24,000 bases of DNA from Chloroflexota bacterium (GCA_043818415.1 JBDRFW010000163.1:12878-36877), one strand, 5' to 3'. Shown: positions 9,239 to 18,699, numbered from the stretch's first letter. Translations and numbers: made by a program. The notes: generated by a model from the sequence alone, not told the origin.

Positions 9239-9293
9239 TATTGTTTGGTGCTCGGAATTCGCAATAGCGGATAGATTGAGCGAAATCCCTCGG

Positions 9294-9338
9294 TCTAGCG
9301 CGCTAGAATTCCAGATGGATGGGCTCAGGCTCATCCAT
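9294..9338 (+). promoter_or_regulatory. Two adjacent stem-loops in the putative rpsL 5' leader
   Basis: A 14-nt perfect palindrome TCTAGCGCGCTAGA lies at 9294-9307. A hairpin ATGGATGGGC-TCAG-GCTCATCCAT lies at 9315-9338 (10 bp with one G.U). It ends 30 nt upstream of the rpsL ATG. Confidence 0.3.
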
Positions 9339-9368
9339 TGTAATTGTTAGGGGGACAGGAAAGAAATA

Positions 9369-9800
9369 ATGCCAACGATTAATCAGCTGGTCCGCAAGGG
9401 GCGTAAGAAGGCCACCAAGAAGGACAAGACGCCGGCGCTGGGGTACACCTACAACGCCCTCAAGAACCGGGTGCTGCATGGGAAGAGCTCCCCCCAGAAA
9501 CGGGGCGTCTGCGTGCAGGTCAAGACGACGACCCCCAAGAAGCCCAACTCCGCCCTGCGCAAGATAGCCAGGGTGCGCCTGACCAACCACATCGAGGTTA
9601 CCGCCTACATCCCCGGCGAAGGCCATGAGCTGCAGGAGCATTCGGTGGTGCTGATTCGGGGCGGCCGCGTCAAGGACCTGCCCGGCGTCCGCTACCATAT
9701 CGTCCGGGGAGCCCTGGATACCAGCGGCGTGGCCAACCGCAAGCAGGGCCGCAGCAAGTACGGGAGCAAGCGGGGTAAGGAAAAGGCCGAGACTAGCTAG
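9369..9800 (+). CDS. rpsL: 30S ribosomal protein S12
   Basis: [21 protein letters not shown] and GVRYHIVRG are unmistakable S12 motifs. Confidence 0.98.
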   Translation: MPTINQLVRKGRKKATKKDKTPALGYTYNALKNRVLHGKSSPQKRGVCVQVKTTTPKKPNSALRKIARVRLTNHIEVTAYIPGEGHELQEHSVVLIRGGRVKDLPGVRYHIVRGALDTSGVANRKQGRSKYGSKRGKEKAETS

Positions 9801-9814
9801 TCCGGGGGAAGAGT

Positions 9815-10285
9815 ATGCCGAGAAGAGCCAGAGCCACCAAGAGAGAAATAGCGCCTGACGCCAGGTACCGCAGCGCCACCGTGGCCAGGCTGGTTTCCAA
9901 GGTTATGCAGCGCGGCAAGAAGCAGACGGCCGAGAGTATCGTTTATGGCGCCCTGGACCTGCTGGGACAGCACGTCTCCAAGGACCCGGTGGCGGCGCTG
10001 GAACAGGCGGTCCGCAATGCCACGCCGCTCCTCCAGGTCAAGCCGAGGCGGGTCGGCGGCGCTACCTACCAGGTGCCCGTGGAGGTCCAGCCGGACCGCG
10101 GCCTCTTCCTGGCGCTGACCTGGCTGGTCAGCTCCACCCGCGTCCGCAAGGGCAAAGCGATGATGGAAAAACTGGCCGATGAGCTCACCGACGCTTTCCG
10201 GGGACAGGGAACGACGGTGAAAAAGCGGGAAGATACGCATAGAATGGCGGAGGCCAACCGTGCCTTCGCCCACTATAGATGGTGA
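9815..10285 (+). CDS. rpsG: 30S ribosomal protein S7
   Basis: MPRR at the start, [23 protein letters not shown] and a C-terminal NRAFAHYRW. Confidence 0.98.
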   Translation: MPRRARATKREIAPDARYRSATVARLVSKVMQRGKKQTAESIVYGALDLLGQHVSKDPVAALEQAVRNATPLLQVKPRRVGGATYQVPVEVQPDRGLFLALTWLVSSTRVRKGKAMMEKLADELTDAFRGQGTTVKKREDTHRMAEANRAFAHYRW

Positions 10286-10347
10286 GGGGTTTTCCGATTA
10301 ATACCAATGTTAATGTAAAGAGTCCAGCCGCGGCGGGAGAGAAAAAG

Positions 10348-12435
10348 ATGCCCAGGGATTTCCCTCTGGAGGACATCCGCAATATAGGCATTATCGCCCA
10401 TATCGATGCCGGTAAGACCACCGTCACCGAGAGGATACTCTATTACACCGGGCGGACTTACAAAATCGGCGAGGTGCACGAAGGCACCGCCGTCATGGAC
10501 TGGATGGAACAGGTGAGGGCGCGGGGCATTACCATCACGGCGGCGGCCACCACCTGCTACTGGCGCGAGCACCGCATCAATATCATCGATACGCCGGGGC
10601 ACGTCGACTTCACCGCCGAGGTGGAGCGCAGCCTGCGGGTGCTCGACGGCGGGGTGGTGGTCTTCGACGCCGTGGCCGGGGTCGAAGCGCAGTCGGAAAC
10701 GGTCTGGCGGCAGGCCGACCGCTACAAGGTGCCCCGCATCTGTTTCATCAACAAGATGGACCGCATCGGGGCCAATTTCAACCGGACGCTCTCCATGATT
10801 GAGAGCCGGCTCATGGCGACCCCGCTGCCGGTGCAGCACCCCCTGGCCGCCGAGGACAGGTTCCAGGACGTTATCGACCTGGTGGAGAACAAGGCCTGGC
10901 GCTTCAACACCGACCCTGACCGGGGGCCGGAAGAGATACCCATCCCGGAAGCGGCCAAAGCCATGAGCACGGAGCTGCGGCAGGCGCTGATTGCCAAGCT
11001 GGCCGAGAATGACGACACGATGATGATAGCCTATATCGAGGGCGAAGAGGTCGAGCCCGAAGAACTGAAGAGAGCTCTGAGACGGGTAACCCTGGCCAAC
11101 CAGGGGGTGCCCGTTATCTGTGGTAGCGCTCTGAAGAACATGGGCGTGCAGCCCCTCCTCGACGCCATCGTCGATTATTTACCCTCCCCGCTGGATGTCC
11201 CGCCCGTCGAGGGCATGGACACCCGGAAGGGGGAGAAGGTTACCCGCGAGGCCGATGACGCCGCCCCGTTTTCGGCGCTGGCCTTCAAGGTGGTGACCGA
11301 CCCCTTCGTGGGGCGGCTGGTCTATTTCCGGGTATATTCCGGCAAGGTCAAGGTGGGGGCGCAGGTCTTCAACCCCACCCGCGGCCGCAACGAGCGCATC
11401 GGCCGCCTGCTGCTGATGCACGCCAACCACCGCGAGGACGTTAACGCCGCCGAAACCGGCGGCATCGTCGCCACGCTGGGACTGAAAAACACCTTTACCG
11501 GCGATACCCTCTGCGATGCCTCCAAGTCGATCCTGCTGGAGTCCATCAAGTTCCCCGAGCCGGTGATATCCGTCGCCATCGAGCCCAAGACCCGCGCCGA
11601 CCAGGACAAGATGGGCGACGCTCTCCAGAAGCTGACCGAGGAAGACCCCACCTTTAAGGTGGCCTACAACGAGGACACCGGCCAGACGCTCGTCTCCGGC
11701 ATGGGCGAGCTCCACCTGGAGGTAATCGTCAGCCGGCTCATCAGCGAGTTTCGCGTCGGCGTCAAGGTCGGCCAGCCGCGCGTGGCTTATCGAGAGACCA
11801 TCACCGCGCCGGTACAGGCCGAGGGCCGGTTCGTCCGCCAGACGGGCGGCCGCGGCCAGTACGGGCATGTCAACATCAAGCTGGAGCCCATGGATCGCGG
11901 CAAGGGCTTTGAGTTCGTCGATGCCACCAGGGGCGGCGTGATACCCCGGCAGTTCATCCCGCCGGTCCAGACCGGTATCCGGGAAGCCATGGAGACCGGC
12001 GTGCTGGCCGGCTACCCGGTGGTGGACGTCAAGGCCACCCTCTACGACGGCAGCTACCACGATGTCGACTCCTCCGAGATGGCTTTCAAGATGGCCGGCT
12101 CGCTGGCGCTGCAGCAGGGCGTCAAGAAGGCCGGGCCCATCCTGCTGGAACCCATCATGAAGCTGGAAGTGGTGACGCCGGAGCAGTTCCTCGGCGATAT
12201 CATCGGCGACCTCAATGCCAAGCGGGGACACGTGGGCAAGGTGGACACCCAGGGAGAAATGTACGTGATCCACTGTTTGATACCCCTGGCGGAGTCCTTC
12301 GGCTACGCCACCCGGCTGCGGTCGCTGACCCAGGGCCGGGCCACGCACTCGCTGGAGTTCCACAGCTACGAGCCGCTGCCAGCGGAGCCGACCCGGGAAA
12401 TAATAGAAAAAGCGGTAGGCAAGAGATATGGCTAA
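10348..12435 (+). CDS. fusA: Elongation factor G
   Basis: G1 motif AHIDAGKTT, then RGITI, G3 DTPGHVDF and G4 NKMD, with domains II-V through GRATHSLEF. The start is set at the ATG at 10348 (GGGAGAG RBS) rather than the ORF-track start at 10279. Confidence 0.96.
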   Translation: MPRDFPLEDIRNIGIIAHIDAGKTTVTERILYYTGRTYKIGEVHEGTAVMDWMEQVRARGITITAAATTCYWREHRINIIDTPGHVDFTAEVERSLRVLDGGVVVFDAVAGVEAQSETVWRQADRYKVPRICFINKMDRIGANFNRTLSMIESRLMATPLPVQHPLAAEDRFQDVIDLVENKAWRFNTDPDRGPEEIPIPEAAKAMSTELRQALIAKLAENDDTMMIAYIEGEEVEPEELKRALRRVTLANQGVPVICGSALKNMGVQPLLDAIVDYLPSPLDVPPVEGMDTRKGEKVTREADDAAPFSALAFKVVTDPFVGRLVYFRVYSGKVKVGAQVFNPTRGRNERIGRLLLMHANHREDVNAAETGGIVATLGLKNTFTGDTLCDASKSILLESIKFPEPVISVAIEPKTRADQDKMGDALQKLTEEDPTFKVAYNEDTGQTLVSGMGELHLEVIVSRLISEFRVGVKVGQPRVAYRETITAPVQAEGRFVRQTGGRGQYGHVNIKLEPMDRGKGFEFVDATRGGVIPRQFIPPVQTGIREAMETGVLAGYPVVDVKATLYDGSYHDVDSSEMAFKMAGSLALQQGVKKAGPILLEPIMKLEVVTPEQFLGDIIGDLNAKRGHVGKVDTQGEMYVIHCLIPLAESFGYATRLRSLTQGRATHSLEFHSYEPLPAEPTREIIEKAVGKRYG

Positions 12436-12736
12436 ACAGAAAATACGCATCAAGCTAAAGGGGTACGACCACAAGGTAGTCGACCAGTCGGCGCGCCAGA
12501 TTATGGAAGCCGTGGAGAGCACCGGGGCCGTGGCCGTGGGGCCGGTCCCCCTGCCGACGCGTATCCAGAAATTCAGCGTTATCCGCTCCCCCTTTATCGA
12601 TAAGGACTCGCAGGAGCAGTTTGAAATCCGCACCCACAAGCGCCTCATCGACATCATCGAGACCACCTCCAAGACCATCGACGCGCTGACCAAGCTCAAC
12701 CTGCCCTCGGGCGTGGAGATAGATATCAAGCTATGA
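12428..12736 (+). CDS. rpsJ: 30S ribosomal protein S10
   Basis: [19 protein letters not shown] and [12 protein letters not shown]. Its ATG overlaps the fusA stop by 8 nt. Confidence 0.98.
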   Translation: MAKQKIRIKLKGYDHKVVDQSARQIMEAVESTGAVAVGPVPLPTRIQKFSVIRSPFIDKDSQEQFEIRTHKRLIDIIETTSKTIDALTKLNLPSGVEIDIKL

Positions 12737-12753
12737 TAGCCGGGTAAATTATT

Positions 12754-13386
12754 ATGACTGAAGGAATTATCGGTAAAAAGCTGGGCATGACCCAGGTATT
12801 CGGCGAGGACGGCCGGGAAGAGGCGGTAACCGCCATCGAGGCCGGGCCGTGCACCGTCACGCAGATAAAGACCCTGGAAAAGGACGGCTATGCCGCCGCC
12901 CAGCTCGGCTTCGAGGCCGTGAAAAAACAGAAGACCGGCCGCAAGGGACGCGCCAAGGACAAGGAACACGTCAGGTTGAAGTACCGGCGTGAGTTCGATA
13001 TTGGCGAGGCGGGGTCCCTGGCCGCCGCCCAGACGATTGACGTCAGCCTGTTCAAGGCCGGCGACCATGTGGATGTTACCGGCATCTCCAAGGGTAAGGG
13101 ATTTGCCGGCACCGTCAAGCGCCACCACTTCGCCGGCGGGCCCAAGACGCACGGGCAGTCGGACCGCCACCGCGCCCCCGGGTCCATAGGGTCGACGACG
13201 ACGCCGGGGCGGGTGTACAAGGGGATGCGCATGGCAGGGCACATGGGCCACCGGAGGACCATCGTCATCAACCTGGAGGTATACCAGGCGGACCCGGCCC
13301 GCAACCTGCTCCTGCTCAAAGGGGCCGTGCCGGGCACGAAGAACAGCCTGTTACTGGTTAAAAAGTCAACCAGGGGGAAGAAGTAA
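12754..13386 (+). CDS. rplC: 50S ribosomal protein L3
   Basis: GIIGKKLGMTQVF, GKGFAGTVKRHHF and GSIG...TPGRVYKGMRMAGHMG. Confidence 0.98.
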   Translation: MTEGIIGKKLGMTQVFGEDGREEAVTAIEAGPCTVTQIKTLEKDGYAAAQLGFEAVKKQKTGRKGRAKDKEHVRLKYRREFDIGEAGSLAAAQTIDVSLFKAGDHVDVTGISKGKGFAGTVKRHHFAGGPKTHGQSDRHRAPGSIGSTTTPGRVYKGMRMAGHMGHRRTIVINLEVYQADPARNLLLLKGAVPGTKNSLLLVKKSTRGKK

Positions 13387-14070
13387 GTGCAACTCCCGGT
13401 GTATAACCTCGCCGGAGAGGTAGTCCGGCAGATTGAAGTGAGCGACCTCGTGTTCGGCGTGCCGTTCAACGAGAGCGTGGTGCACCAGGTGATGGTGGGC
13501 CTGCGGGCCAACGCGCGCCAGGGGACCAACTCGACGAAGACCCGCGGCACCGTCCACGGCAGCACCCGCAAGCTCTACCGGCAGAAGGGCACCGGCTTCG
13601 CCCGCGCCGGCAGCAAGAAATCGCCGCTGCGCCGCGGCGGAGGCATTACCTTCGGGCCGCACCCCCGGGACTACCGCCAGGACACGCCGCGCAAGATGCG
13701 CCGCCTGGCCCTGAGATGCGTCCTTTCCGCCAAGGCCGGGGACGGAGAGCTCAAGGTGCTGGACGCTATCGATTTTACCGAGCCCAAGACGAAGAAAATG
13801 GCCGAAGTCCTGGCCGCCCTCGGGGTGGCCTCCTCGGCCCTCATCGTTACCCCGGAGCCACAGGAAAACGTCATCCTGTCCGCCCGCAACCTGCCGAAAA
13901 TCAAGACCCTGCCCGCCCACGTCCTCAACGTGCTGGACGTCCTCAACTACCAGACGCTGCTGATGACCGAGGCGGCGGTGCGCCTGGCGGAGAAACTCTG
14001 GGGCAACGGACTGAAGCAAGGGGGAGACCATGCATCTGTACGAGGTGCTGCGCCGGCCGCTGATAACTGA
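13387..14070 (+). CDS. rplD: 50S ribosomal protein L4
   Basis: GTG start directly after the rplC stop. Motifs QGT...KTRG, YRQKGTG.AR.GS..SP and GGG..FGP. The C-terminal tail overlaps rplW by 41 nt. Confidence 0.95.
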   Translation: MQLPVYNLAGEVVRQIEVSDLVFGVPFNESVVHQVMVGLRANARQGTNSTKTRGTVHGSTRKLYRQKGTGFARAGSKKSPLRRGGGITFGPHPRDYRQDTPRKMRRLALRCVLSAKAGDGELKVLDAIDFTEPKTKKMAEVLAALGVASSALIVTPEPQENVILSARNLPKIKTLPAHVLNVLDVLNYQTLLMTEAAVRLAEKLWGNGLKQGGDHASVRGAAPAADN

Positions 14071-14314
14071 AAAGAGCACGCTGCTGCAAGCCCAGGGCAA
14101 GTACGCCTTTGAGATTGCCAACGCCGCCAATAAACCGATGGTCAAGCAGGCGGTGGAGAAGGCATTCAAGGTAAAGGTGACCGGGGTCAACGTGGTCACC
14201 ATGCGGGGCAAGATGCGCCGGGTGGGGCGGCAGCAGGTGCTGACGCGCTCCTGGAAAAAAGCGATTGTTACCCTCCAGCCGGGGGACAAGATAGAGTTCT
14301 TTGAAGGTGTTTAG
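14030..14314 (+). CDS. rplW: 50S ribosomal protein L23
   Basis: LRRPLITEKS, F.V...ANK..VKQAVEK.F.VKV and WKKAIVTL. A GGGGGAG RBS lies upstream. Confidence 0.97.
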   Translation: MHLYEVLRRPLITEKSTLLQAQGKYAFEIANAANKPMVKQAVEKAFKVKVTGVNVVTMRGKMRRVGRQQVLTRSWKKAIVTLQPGDKIEFFEGV

Positions 14315-14332
14315 ATTGAAGGGGGAAGCTGA

Positions 14333-15160
14333 GTGGCACTAAAGATATATCGACCGACCTCTCCGGGCCGGCGCGGCATGAGCGGCTATACCTTCGATGA
14401 GATAACCAAGGACAAGCCGGAGAAAGCGCTGGTCAGGCCCCTTAAGAAACAGGCGGGTCGTAATTTCCGCGGCAAAATCACGGTGCGCCACCGCGGCGGC
14501 GGCGCCAAGCGGCAGCTGCGTATCATCGACTTCAAGCGGAACAAGATTGGCGTTCCCGGCCGGGTGGCCGCCATCGAGTACGACCCCAACCGCTCGGCGC
14601 GGCTGGCGCTAATTTTCTACGCCGACGGGGACAAACGCTATATCCTGGCCCCGGTGGGCCTGAACGTGGACGATACGATTATGTCCGGCGACAGCGCGGA
14701 AATCAGGCCGGGGAATACCCTGCCGTTGAAAGCCATGCCTTCCGGCACGGCGATACATAATATAGAGATGATGCCGGGCAAGGGGGGCCAGATGGCGCGC
14801 AGCGCCGGGGCCTCCGCCCAGCTGATGGCCAAGGAAGGCGAATACGTTCTTTTACGATTGCCTTCCGGCGAGCTCCGCCGCGTCCGCTCCGACTGCACGG
14901 CGACCATCGGGCAGATAGGCAACGTGGAGCACCAGAATATCAGCCTGGGCAAGGCGGGGCGGAAGCGCCACATGGGGTGGCGGCCCACGGTGAGGGGCTC
15001 CGCCATGACCCCGCGCGACCATCCTCACGGGGGCGGCGAGGGACGCTCGCCGATTGGCCTGCCCGGCCCCAAGACGCCCTGGGGCAAACCGGCCCTGGGC
15101 TATAAGACGCGCAAACACAAGGTTTCCGACCGGATGATTGTGAAGCGGAGAGGGAAATAG
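14333..15160 (+). CDS. rplB: 50S ribosomal protein L2
   Basis: GTG start. Motifs [31 protein letters not shown] and [13 protein letters not shown]. Confidence 0.98.
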   Translation: MALKIYRPTSPGRRGMSGYTFDEITKDKPEKALVRPLKKQAGRNFRGKITVRHRGGGAKRQLRIIDFKRNKIGVPGRVAAIEYDPNRSARLALIFYADGDKRYILAPVGLNVDDTIMSGDSAEIRPGNTLPLKAMPSGTAIHNIEMMPGKGGQMARSAGASAQLMAKEGEYVLLRLPSGELRRVRSDCTATIGQIGNVEHQNISLGKAGRKRHMGWRPTVRGSAMTPRDHPHGGGEGRSPIGLPGPKTPWGKPALGYKTRKHKVSDRMIVKRRGK

Positions 15161-15177
15161 GCGGATAGCGAGGTGCT

Positions 15178-15471
15178 ATGTCAAGGTCAACGAAAAAGGG
15201 ACCGGCAATTAACGAAAAGCTGATGAAGAAGGTGGATGCCGCGATACGCTCCGGCAAGAAAACGGTCATTAAAACCTGGGCGAGGTCTTCCACCATCATG
15301 CCGCAGATGGTCGGGCTGACCATCGGCGTCCACGACGGCCGGAGACATGTGCCCATCTACGTCAACGAGAACATGGTCGGCCACAAGCTGGGCGAGTTCG
15401 CCGCCACGCGGACCTTCCGCGGCCACGTCGGCCGGTCGGAGAAGGTCACCACGGTGAAGAGGAATCCATAA
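15178..15471 (+). CDS. rpsS: 30S ribosomal protein S19
   Basis: [25 protein letters not shown] and [15 protein letters not shown]. Confidence 0.98.
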   Translation: MSRSTKKGPAINEKLMKKVDAAIRSGKKTVIKTWARSSTIMPQMVGLTIGVHDGRRHVPIYVNENMVGHKLGEFAATRTFRGHVGRSEKVTTVKRNP

Positions 15472-15504
15472 AGCGAAAGATTACCGTTAAGGGTGTAAGA
15501 TAAA

Positions 15505-15843
15505 GTGGAAGTTAGAGCCGTAGCCAAGAACACCGGGATACCCGCCAGCAAGGTACGCCTGCTGGTGGACATGGTGCGCGGGAAGCGCGTCGACGAGGCG
15601 CTGACGCTGCTCCGGTTTACGCCGACGCCCAAGGCCAAGCTCGTCGCCAAGGTGGTGAAGTCGGCAGCGGCCAACGCGGAAAACAATTTCCAGATGGACC
15701 CCGCCGACCTTAAAATCGTCCGCATCTTCGCCGACGAGGCGCGCAGCATGCGCCGGTTCCGGCCGCGGTCGCGGGGGCGGGTAAGCCCGATCCGGAAGCG
15801 TTCCAGTCATATTACGGTTATCGTGGCTGAGCAGGAGGGTTAA
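15505..15843 (+). CDS. rplV: 50S ribosomal protein L22
   Basis: GTG start. Motifs SKVRLLVDMVRGK.V.EAL.LL.F, SA.ANAENN and RGRV..I.KR.SHITV. Confidence 0.97.
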   Translation: MEVRAVAKNTGIPASKVRLLVDMVRGKRVDEALTLLRFTPTPKAKLVAKVVKSAAANAENNFQMDPADLKIVRIFADEARSMRRFRPRSRGRVSPIRKRSSHITVIVAEQEG

Positions 15844-17061
15844 TTGGGTCATAAAGTTCACCCGACAGGTTTCAGGCTCGGTTTCATCAAGGACTGGCAG
15901 TCCAAGTGGTACAGCGACGCCCATTACGCCGAGTTCGTGCAGGAAGACAGCAGGCTGCGCGAGGAGATAAAAAGAAAGTACCCTGAAGCGGCCATCTCGC
16001 TGATAGAGATAGACCGCCAGGCCAAGGACGTTACCATCACGCTGCACACCGCCCGCCCCGGCATCGTCATCGGGCGGGGCGGCCAGCGTGTCGATGAAAT
16101 GAGACAGCACCTGGAGGGCCTGGTCGGCAAGAGAATCCGGTTGAACATCCAGGAGATACGCCAGCCGGAGCTGGACGCCTACCTGGTGGCCCGTTCCGTG
16201 GCGGAGCAACTCGAGCGCCGGGTGGCCTACCGGAGGGCCATCAAGCAGTCCATCTTCCGCACCATCCAGGCCGGAGCGAAGGGTATCAAGATAAGCGCCG
16301 CCGGCCGGCTCGGCAACGCCGAGATTGCCCGCCGCCAGACATCACACCAGGGGCAGGTGCCCCTGCATACGCTGCGGGCGGACATCGATTACGGTTTCAC
16401 CGAGGCGCACACCAACCTGGGGAGCATCGGCGTGAAGGTCTGGATATACAAGGGGCAGGTCCTGCCCGAAATCCGGGTACCGGAGGTCGAGGAGAAACCG
16501 GCCGAGGCCGCTGAAGCGGCACCGGCTGAGGCGGTCACCGAAGAAGTAACCGCAGCCCCCGGAACCGAACCGTTCGAGCCAGTCGTCGAGGAAACCCCCG
16601 CCGCCGAGGCGGAGGAGAAACCGGCAGCGACGGTTAAAGAAAAACAGGCGACCGCAACCAAAGAAAAACCTGCGGCCGCAGCTAAGGAGAAACCGACCGA
16701 GGCCGCGGTCAAGGAGAAACCGGCCGCCGCCAGGGAGAAACCGACCGAGGCCGCGGTCAAGGAGAAACCGGTCACCGCCAGGGAAAAACCGGCAGCGACG
16801 GTTAAAGAAAAACAGGCGACCGCAACCAAAGAAAAACCTGCGGCCGCAGCTAAGGAGAAACCGACCGTGACGGCCAAGCCGGCGGCCAAGAAGGAGCCGG
16901 AGAAGAAACCGGCCAAGGCCGCCGTCCCCAAGGCGGTCGAGGAGGAAAAACCCGCCCCGAAACAACGCAAGAAGGCAGCCGAGGAGACCGAAGCCAGGGC
17001 CGAGGTATCAGAGGTAACGGAAGCGGAAGAGAAGGAAAAGGGAAAGGATGCAGCAGCCTAA
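15844..17061 (+). CDS. rpsC: 30S ribosomal protein S3 with an atypically long (~196 aa) K/E/P/A-rich repetitive C-terminal extension
   Basis: TTG start abutting the rplV stop. The canonical core ([15 protein letters not shown] domain [12 protein letters not shown]3-C domain [20 protein letters not shown]) ends near residue 209 (nt ~16470). The same frame then stays open for 196 more codons of KEKPAA-type repeats, up to the usual overlap with rplP. Confidence 0.93.
   Translation: MGHKVHPTGFRLGFIKDWQSKWYSDAHYAEFVQEDSRLREEIKRKYPEAAISLIEIDRQAKDVTITLHTARPGIVIGRGGQRVDEMRQHLEGLVGKRIRLNIQEIRQPELDAYLVARSVAEQLERRVAYRRAIKQSIFRTIQAGAKGIKISAAGRLGNAEIARRQTSHQGQVPLHTLRADIDYGFTEAHTNLGSIGVKVWIYKGQVLPEIRVPEVEEKPAEAAEAAPAEAVTEEVTAAPGTEPFEPVVEETPAAEAEEKPAATVKEKQATATKEKPAAAAKEKPTEAAVKEKPAAAREKPTEAAVKEKPVTAREKPAATVKEKQATATKEKPAAAAKEKPTVTAKPAAKKEPEKKPAKAAVPKAVEEEKPAPKQRKKAAEETEARAEVSEVTEAEEKEKGKDAAA
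16618..16867. repeat. In-frame tandem/direct repeats inside the rpsC tail
   Basis: 16618-16699 is identical (82/82) to 16786-16867, an offset of 168 bp or 56 codons. Nested inside, 16686-16723 is identical (38/38) to 16734-16771, an offset of 48 bp or 16 codons. I checked both by direct base-by-base comparison. Confidence 0.9.
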
Positions 17062-17482
17062 ACGCGTTAAATATCGTAAAGCGCAGCGGGGACGCCGCCG
17101 CGGCCAGGCCCATTCCGGCAATACCATCGGCTTCGGCGACTACGGCCTGCAGGCACTGGAATCGGCCTGGCTGACCAGCGCCCAGATTGAGGCGGCCCGC
17201 CGCGCCATCACCCGCCACATCCACCGCGGCGGCAAGGTCTGGATTCGCGTTTTCCCGGACAAGCCGGTGAGCAAAAAGGCGGCGGAGACCCGCATGGGCA
17301 GCGGCAAGGGCGCCACGGACCACTGGGTAGCCGTGGTCAGGGGGGGACGCATTATATTCGAGATGGCGGGGGTGGGGGAAAAGGTGGCCAAGGAGGCCAT
17401 CCGCCTGGCCTCGCACAAGCTGCCCATCAAGACCAGGTTCGTGTTGAGGGAGAGCCTGGCCGCCGCGGAGGCGGCCAAGTAA
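17048..17482 (+). CDS. rplP: 50S ribosomal protein L16
   Basis: [17 protein letters not shown]...R.GK.WIR.FPD and [11 protein letters not shown]. Overlaps the rpsC end by 14 nt. Confidence 0.98.
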   Translation: MQQPKRVKYRKAQRGRRRGQAHSGNTIGFGDYGLQALESAWLTSAQIEAARRAITRHIHRGGKVWIRVFPDKPVSKKAAETRMGSGKGATDHWVAVVRGGRIIFEMAGVGEKVAKEAIRLASHKLPIKTRFVLRESLAAAEAAK

Positions 17483-17488
17483 GGAGCC

Positions 17489-17692
17489 TTGACGTTGAGA
17501 CTGAAAGAATTCAGGGACCTGAACGATAGTGATTTGAAGAAAGCGCTGGAGGAATCCCACCAGGAGCTCTTCAATCTGCGCTTCCGCGTGTCCACCAAGC
17601 AGCTGGTGAACCACCGCGAGCTGCGGCGGGTCAAGAAAAAGATTGCCCGGTTCAAGACCCTGCTCCACGAAAGGGAACTGGGCATAAGGTAG
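17489..17692 (+). CDS. rpmC: 50S ribosomal protein L29
   Basis: The sequence LKEFRDL....L...L.....ELFNLRF and its small size fit L29. TTG start. The in-frame TTG at 17495 has better spacing to the AAGGAG RBS (17481-17486) and may be the true start. Confidence 0.9.
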   Translation: MTLRLKEFRDLNDSDLKKALEESHQELFNLRFRVSTKQLVNHRELRRVKKKIARFKTLLHERELGIR

Positions 17693-17701
17693 GACTTCAA
17701 G

Positions 17702-17986
17702 ATGGAAGAAAAACGCAAGACCAGGTTTGGCAGAGTAGTCAGCGATAAGATGGACAAGACCGTGGTGGTGGAAGTGGACACGCCCCGAATCCACCCGCTT
17801 TACAAGAAGACTATCCGGAGGGTAGTCAAGTACTACGCCCACGACGAGAAGAACCAGTGCAAGACCGGGGACACCGTCAGGATTGTGGAGACCCGCCCCG
17901 TCTCCCGGCAGAAACACTGGAGGGTGGCGGAGATAGTCATCAAGGGAGAGGTGGCGGATATCGAACCCAAGGAGATAACGAACTAG
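17702..17986 (+). CDS. rpsQ: 30S ribosomal protein S17
   Basis: [22 protein letters not shown]....GD.V.I.ETRP.S..K.W. Confidence 0.97.
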   Translation: MEEKRKTRFGRVVSDKMDKTVVVEVDTPRIHPLYKKTIRRVVKYYAHDEKNQCKTGDTVRIVETRPVSRQKHWRVAEIVIKGEVADIEPKEITN

Positions 17987-18004
17987 GATTGTGGTGTAAC
18001 CGTC

Positions 18005-18373
18005 ATGATTCAGATGCAGACCAGGCTGAAGGTAGCCGATAACACCGGGGCCCGGGAAATAATGTGTATCAACGTGCTCGGCGGCACGCGGCGCAAGTAC
18101 GCCCACATCGGGGATATCATCGTGGCCTCGGTCAAGAAGGCCATCCCCAACGCGGGCACCAAGAAGGGCGACGTCGTCCGGGCGGTCATTGTCCGCACGT
18201 CCCAGCCCTACCGGCGTCCCGACGGCTCGTACATTAAGTTCGATGAAAACGCGGCGGTGATTTTAACGGACAAGAATAACCCCAAGGGGACACGCATTTT
18301 CGGGCCGGTGGCCAGGGAGCTGCGGGACAAGAACTACACCAAGATTATCTCCCTGGCGCCCGAGGTATTATAG
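18005..18373 (+). CDS. rplN: 50S ribosomal protein L14
   Basis: [27 protein letters not shown] and YI.FD.NA.V. Confidence 0.98.
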   Translation: MIQMQTRLKVADNTGAREIMCINVLGGTRRKYAHIGDIIVASVKKAIPNAGTKKGDVVRAVIVRTSQPYRRPDGSYIKFDENAAVILTDKNNPKGTRIFGPVARELRDKNYTKIISLAPEVL

Positions 18374-18387
18374 AGACAGAAACGATT

Positions 18388-18699
18388 ATGAAGATAAGGA
18401 AAGACGATACGGTGCTGGTTATCGCCGGCAAGGACAAGGGGAAAAAGGGCAAGGTGCGCTTTGCCCACCCCCGCAAGCAGGAGGTAATCGTCGAGGGCGC
18501 TAACTTCATCAAGAAGCACTCCAAGGCCAGAGGAGCCGCGAGGCAGGCGGGGATAATCGACCTCGAAGCGCCGCTCCACGTCTCCAACGTCATGCTGCTC
18601 TGCGATAAGTGCAGCAAGCCCGGCCGCATCGGCTTCCAGAAGCTGGAGGACGGCCGGCGGGTAAGGTTCTGCCGCGCCTGCCGCGAGGTGATTGATTAA
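18388..18699 (+). CDS. rplX: 50S ribosomal protein L24 (variant with a C-x2-C...C-x2-C motif)
   Basis: KIRKDDTV.VIAGKDKGK.GKV (KOW motif), VEG.N..KKH, and LHVSNV. Cysteines are at residues 72, 75, 95 and 98. Confidence 0.96.
   Translation: MKIRKDDTVLVIAGKDKGKKGKVRFAHPRKQEVIVEGANFIKKHSKARGAARQAGIIDLEAPLHVSNVMLLCDKCSKPGRIGFQKLEDGRRVRFCRACREVID

Noticed and set aside
9255-9311. Two EcoRI sites (GAATTC) 46 bp apart flank the leader segment, which could suggest a cloning junction or vector remnant.
   Set aside because: No vector-like sequence is present, and both flanks continue into native genes. The sites are part of an inverted repeat (GGAATTC/GAATTCC) that is better explained as RNA or DNA secondary structure.
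10279-10347. The upstream ORF-track start for fusA ([23 protein letters not shown]...), which overlaps the rpsG stop.
   Set aside because: The extra 23 residues are AT-rich, unlike the local coding sequence, and have no counterpart in EF-G. The ATG at 10348 has a GGGAGAG RBS and gives the canonical N-terminus just before the G1 motif.
10500-10530. EF-G reads [11 protein letters not shown] where MEQE(R/Q)ERGITI is more usual.
   Set aside because: The invariant RGITI is intact, and Ala before RGITI occurs in other translational GTPases. This is within normal family variation.
11179-13251. A 690-aa ORF on the minus strand spanning fusA, rpsJ and rplC. Similar long antisense or off-frame ORFs occur at 16850-18106 (-), 7736-9082 (+), 6104-7372 (+), 2523-3692 (+), 13366-14289 (-), 4395-5264 (+) and 19792-20541 (-).
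   Set aside because: Each lies opposite or out of frame to an unmistakable, highly conserved gene. Their translations are Gly/Arg/Ala/Pro/Leu-rich low-complexity strings with no motifs, and they lack an RBS. In GC-rich genomes with strong GC3 codon bias, stop codons are depleted in the non-coding frames, so such ORFs arise by chance.
14006-14070. The L4 C-terminal tail (…NGLKQGGDHASVRGAAPAADN) runs 41 nt into rplW, which raised the possibility of a frameshift or fusion.
   Set aside because: The L4 core is complete through ...LLMTEAAVRLAEKL. rplW has its own GGGGGAG RBS and ATG. The tail is most simply a late stop codon in a stop-poor GC-rich frame, with no sign of a frame break.
16342-16970. 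Repetitive minus-strand ORFs (193 and 207 aa) and periodic DNA repeats that could be mistaken for a CRISPR-like array or a repeat-protein gene.
   Set aside because: They are the mirror image of the in-frame rpsC tail repeats. The units are contiguous with no unique spacers, their offsets are multiples of 3, and the plus-strand frame is continuous with the S3 core.
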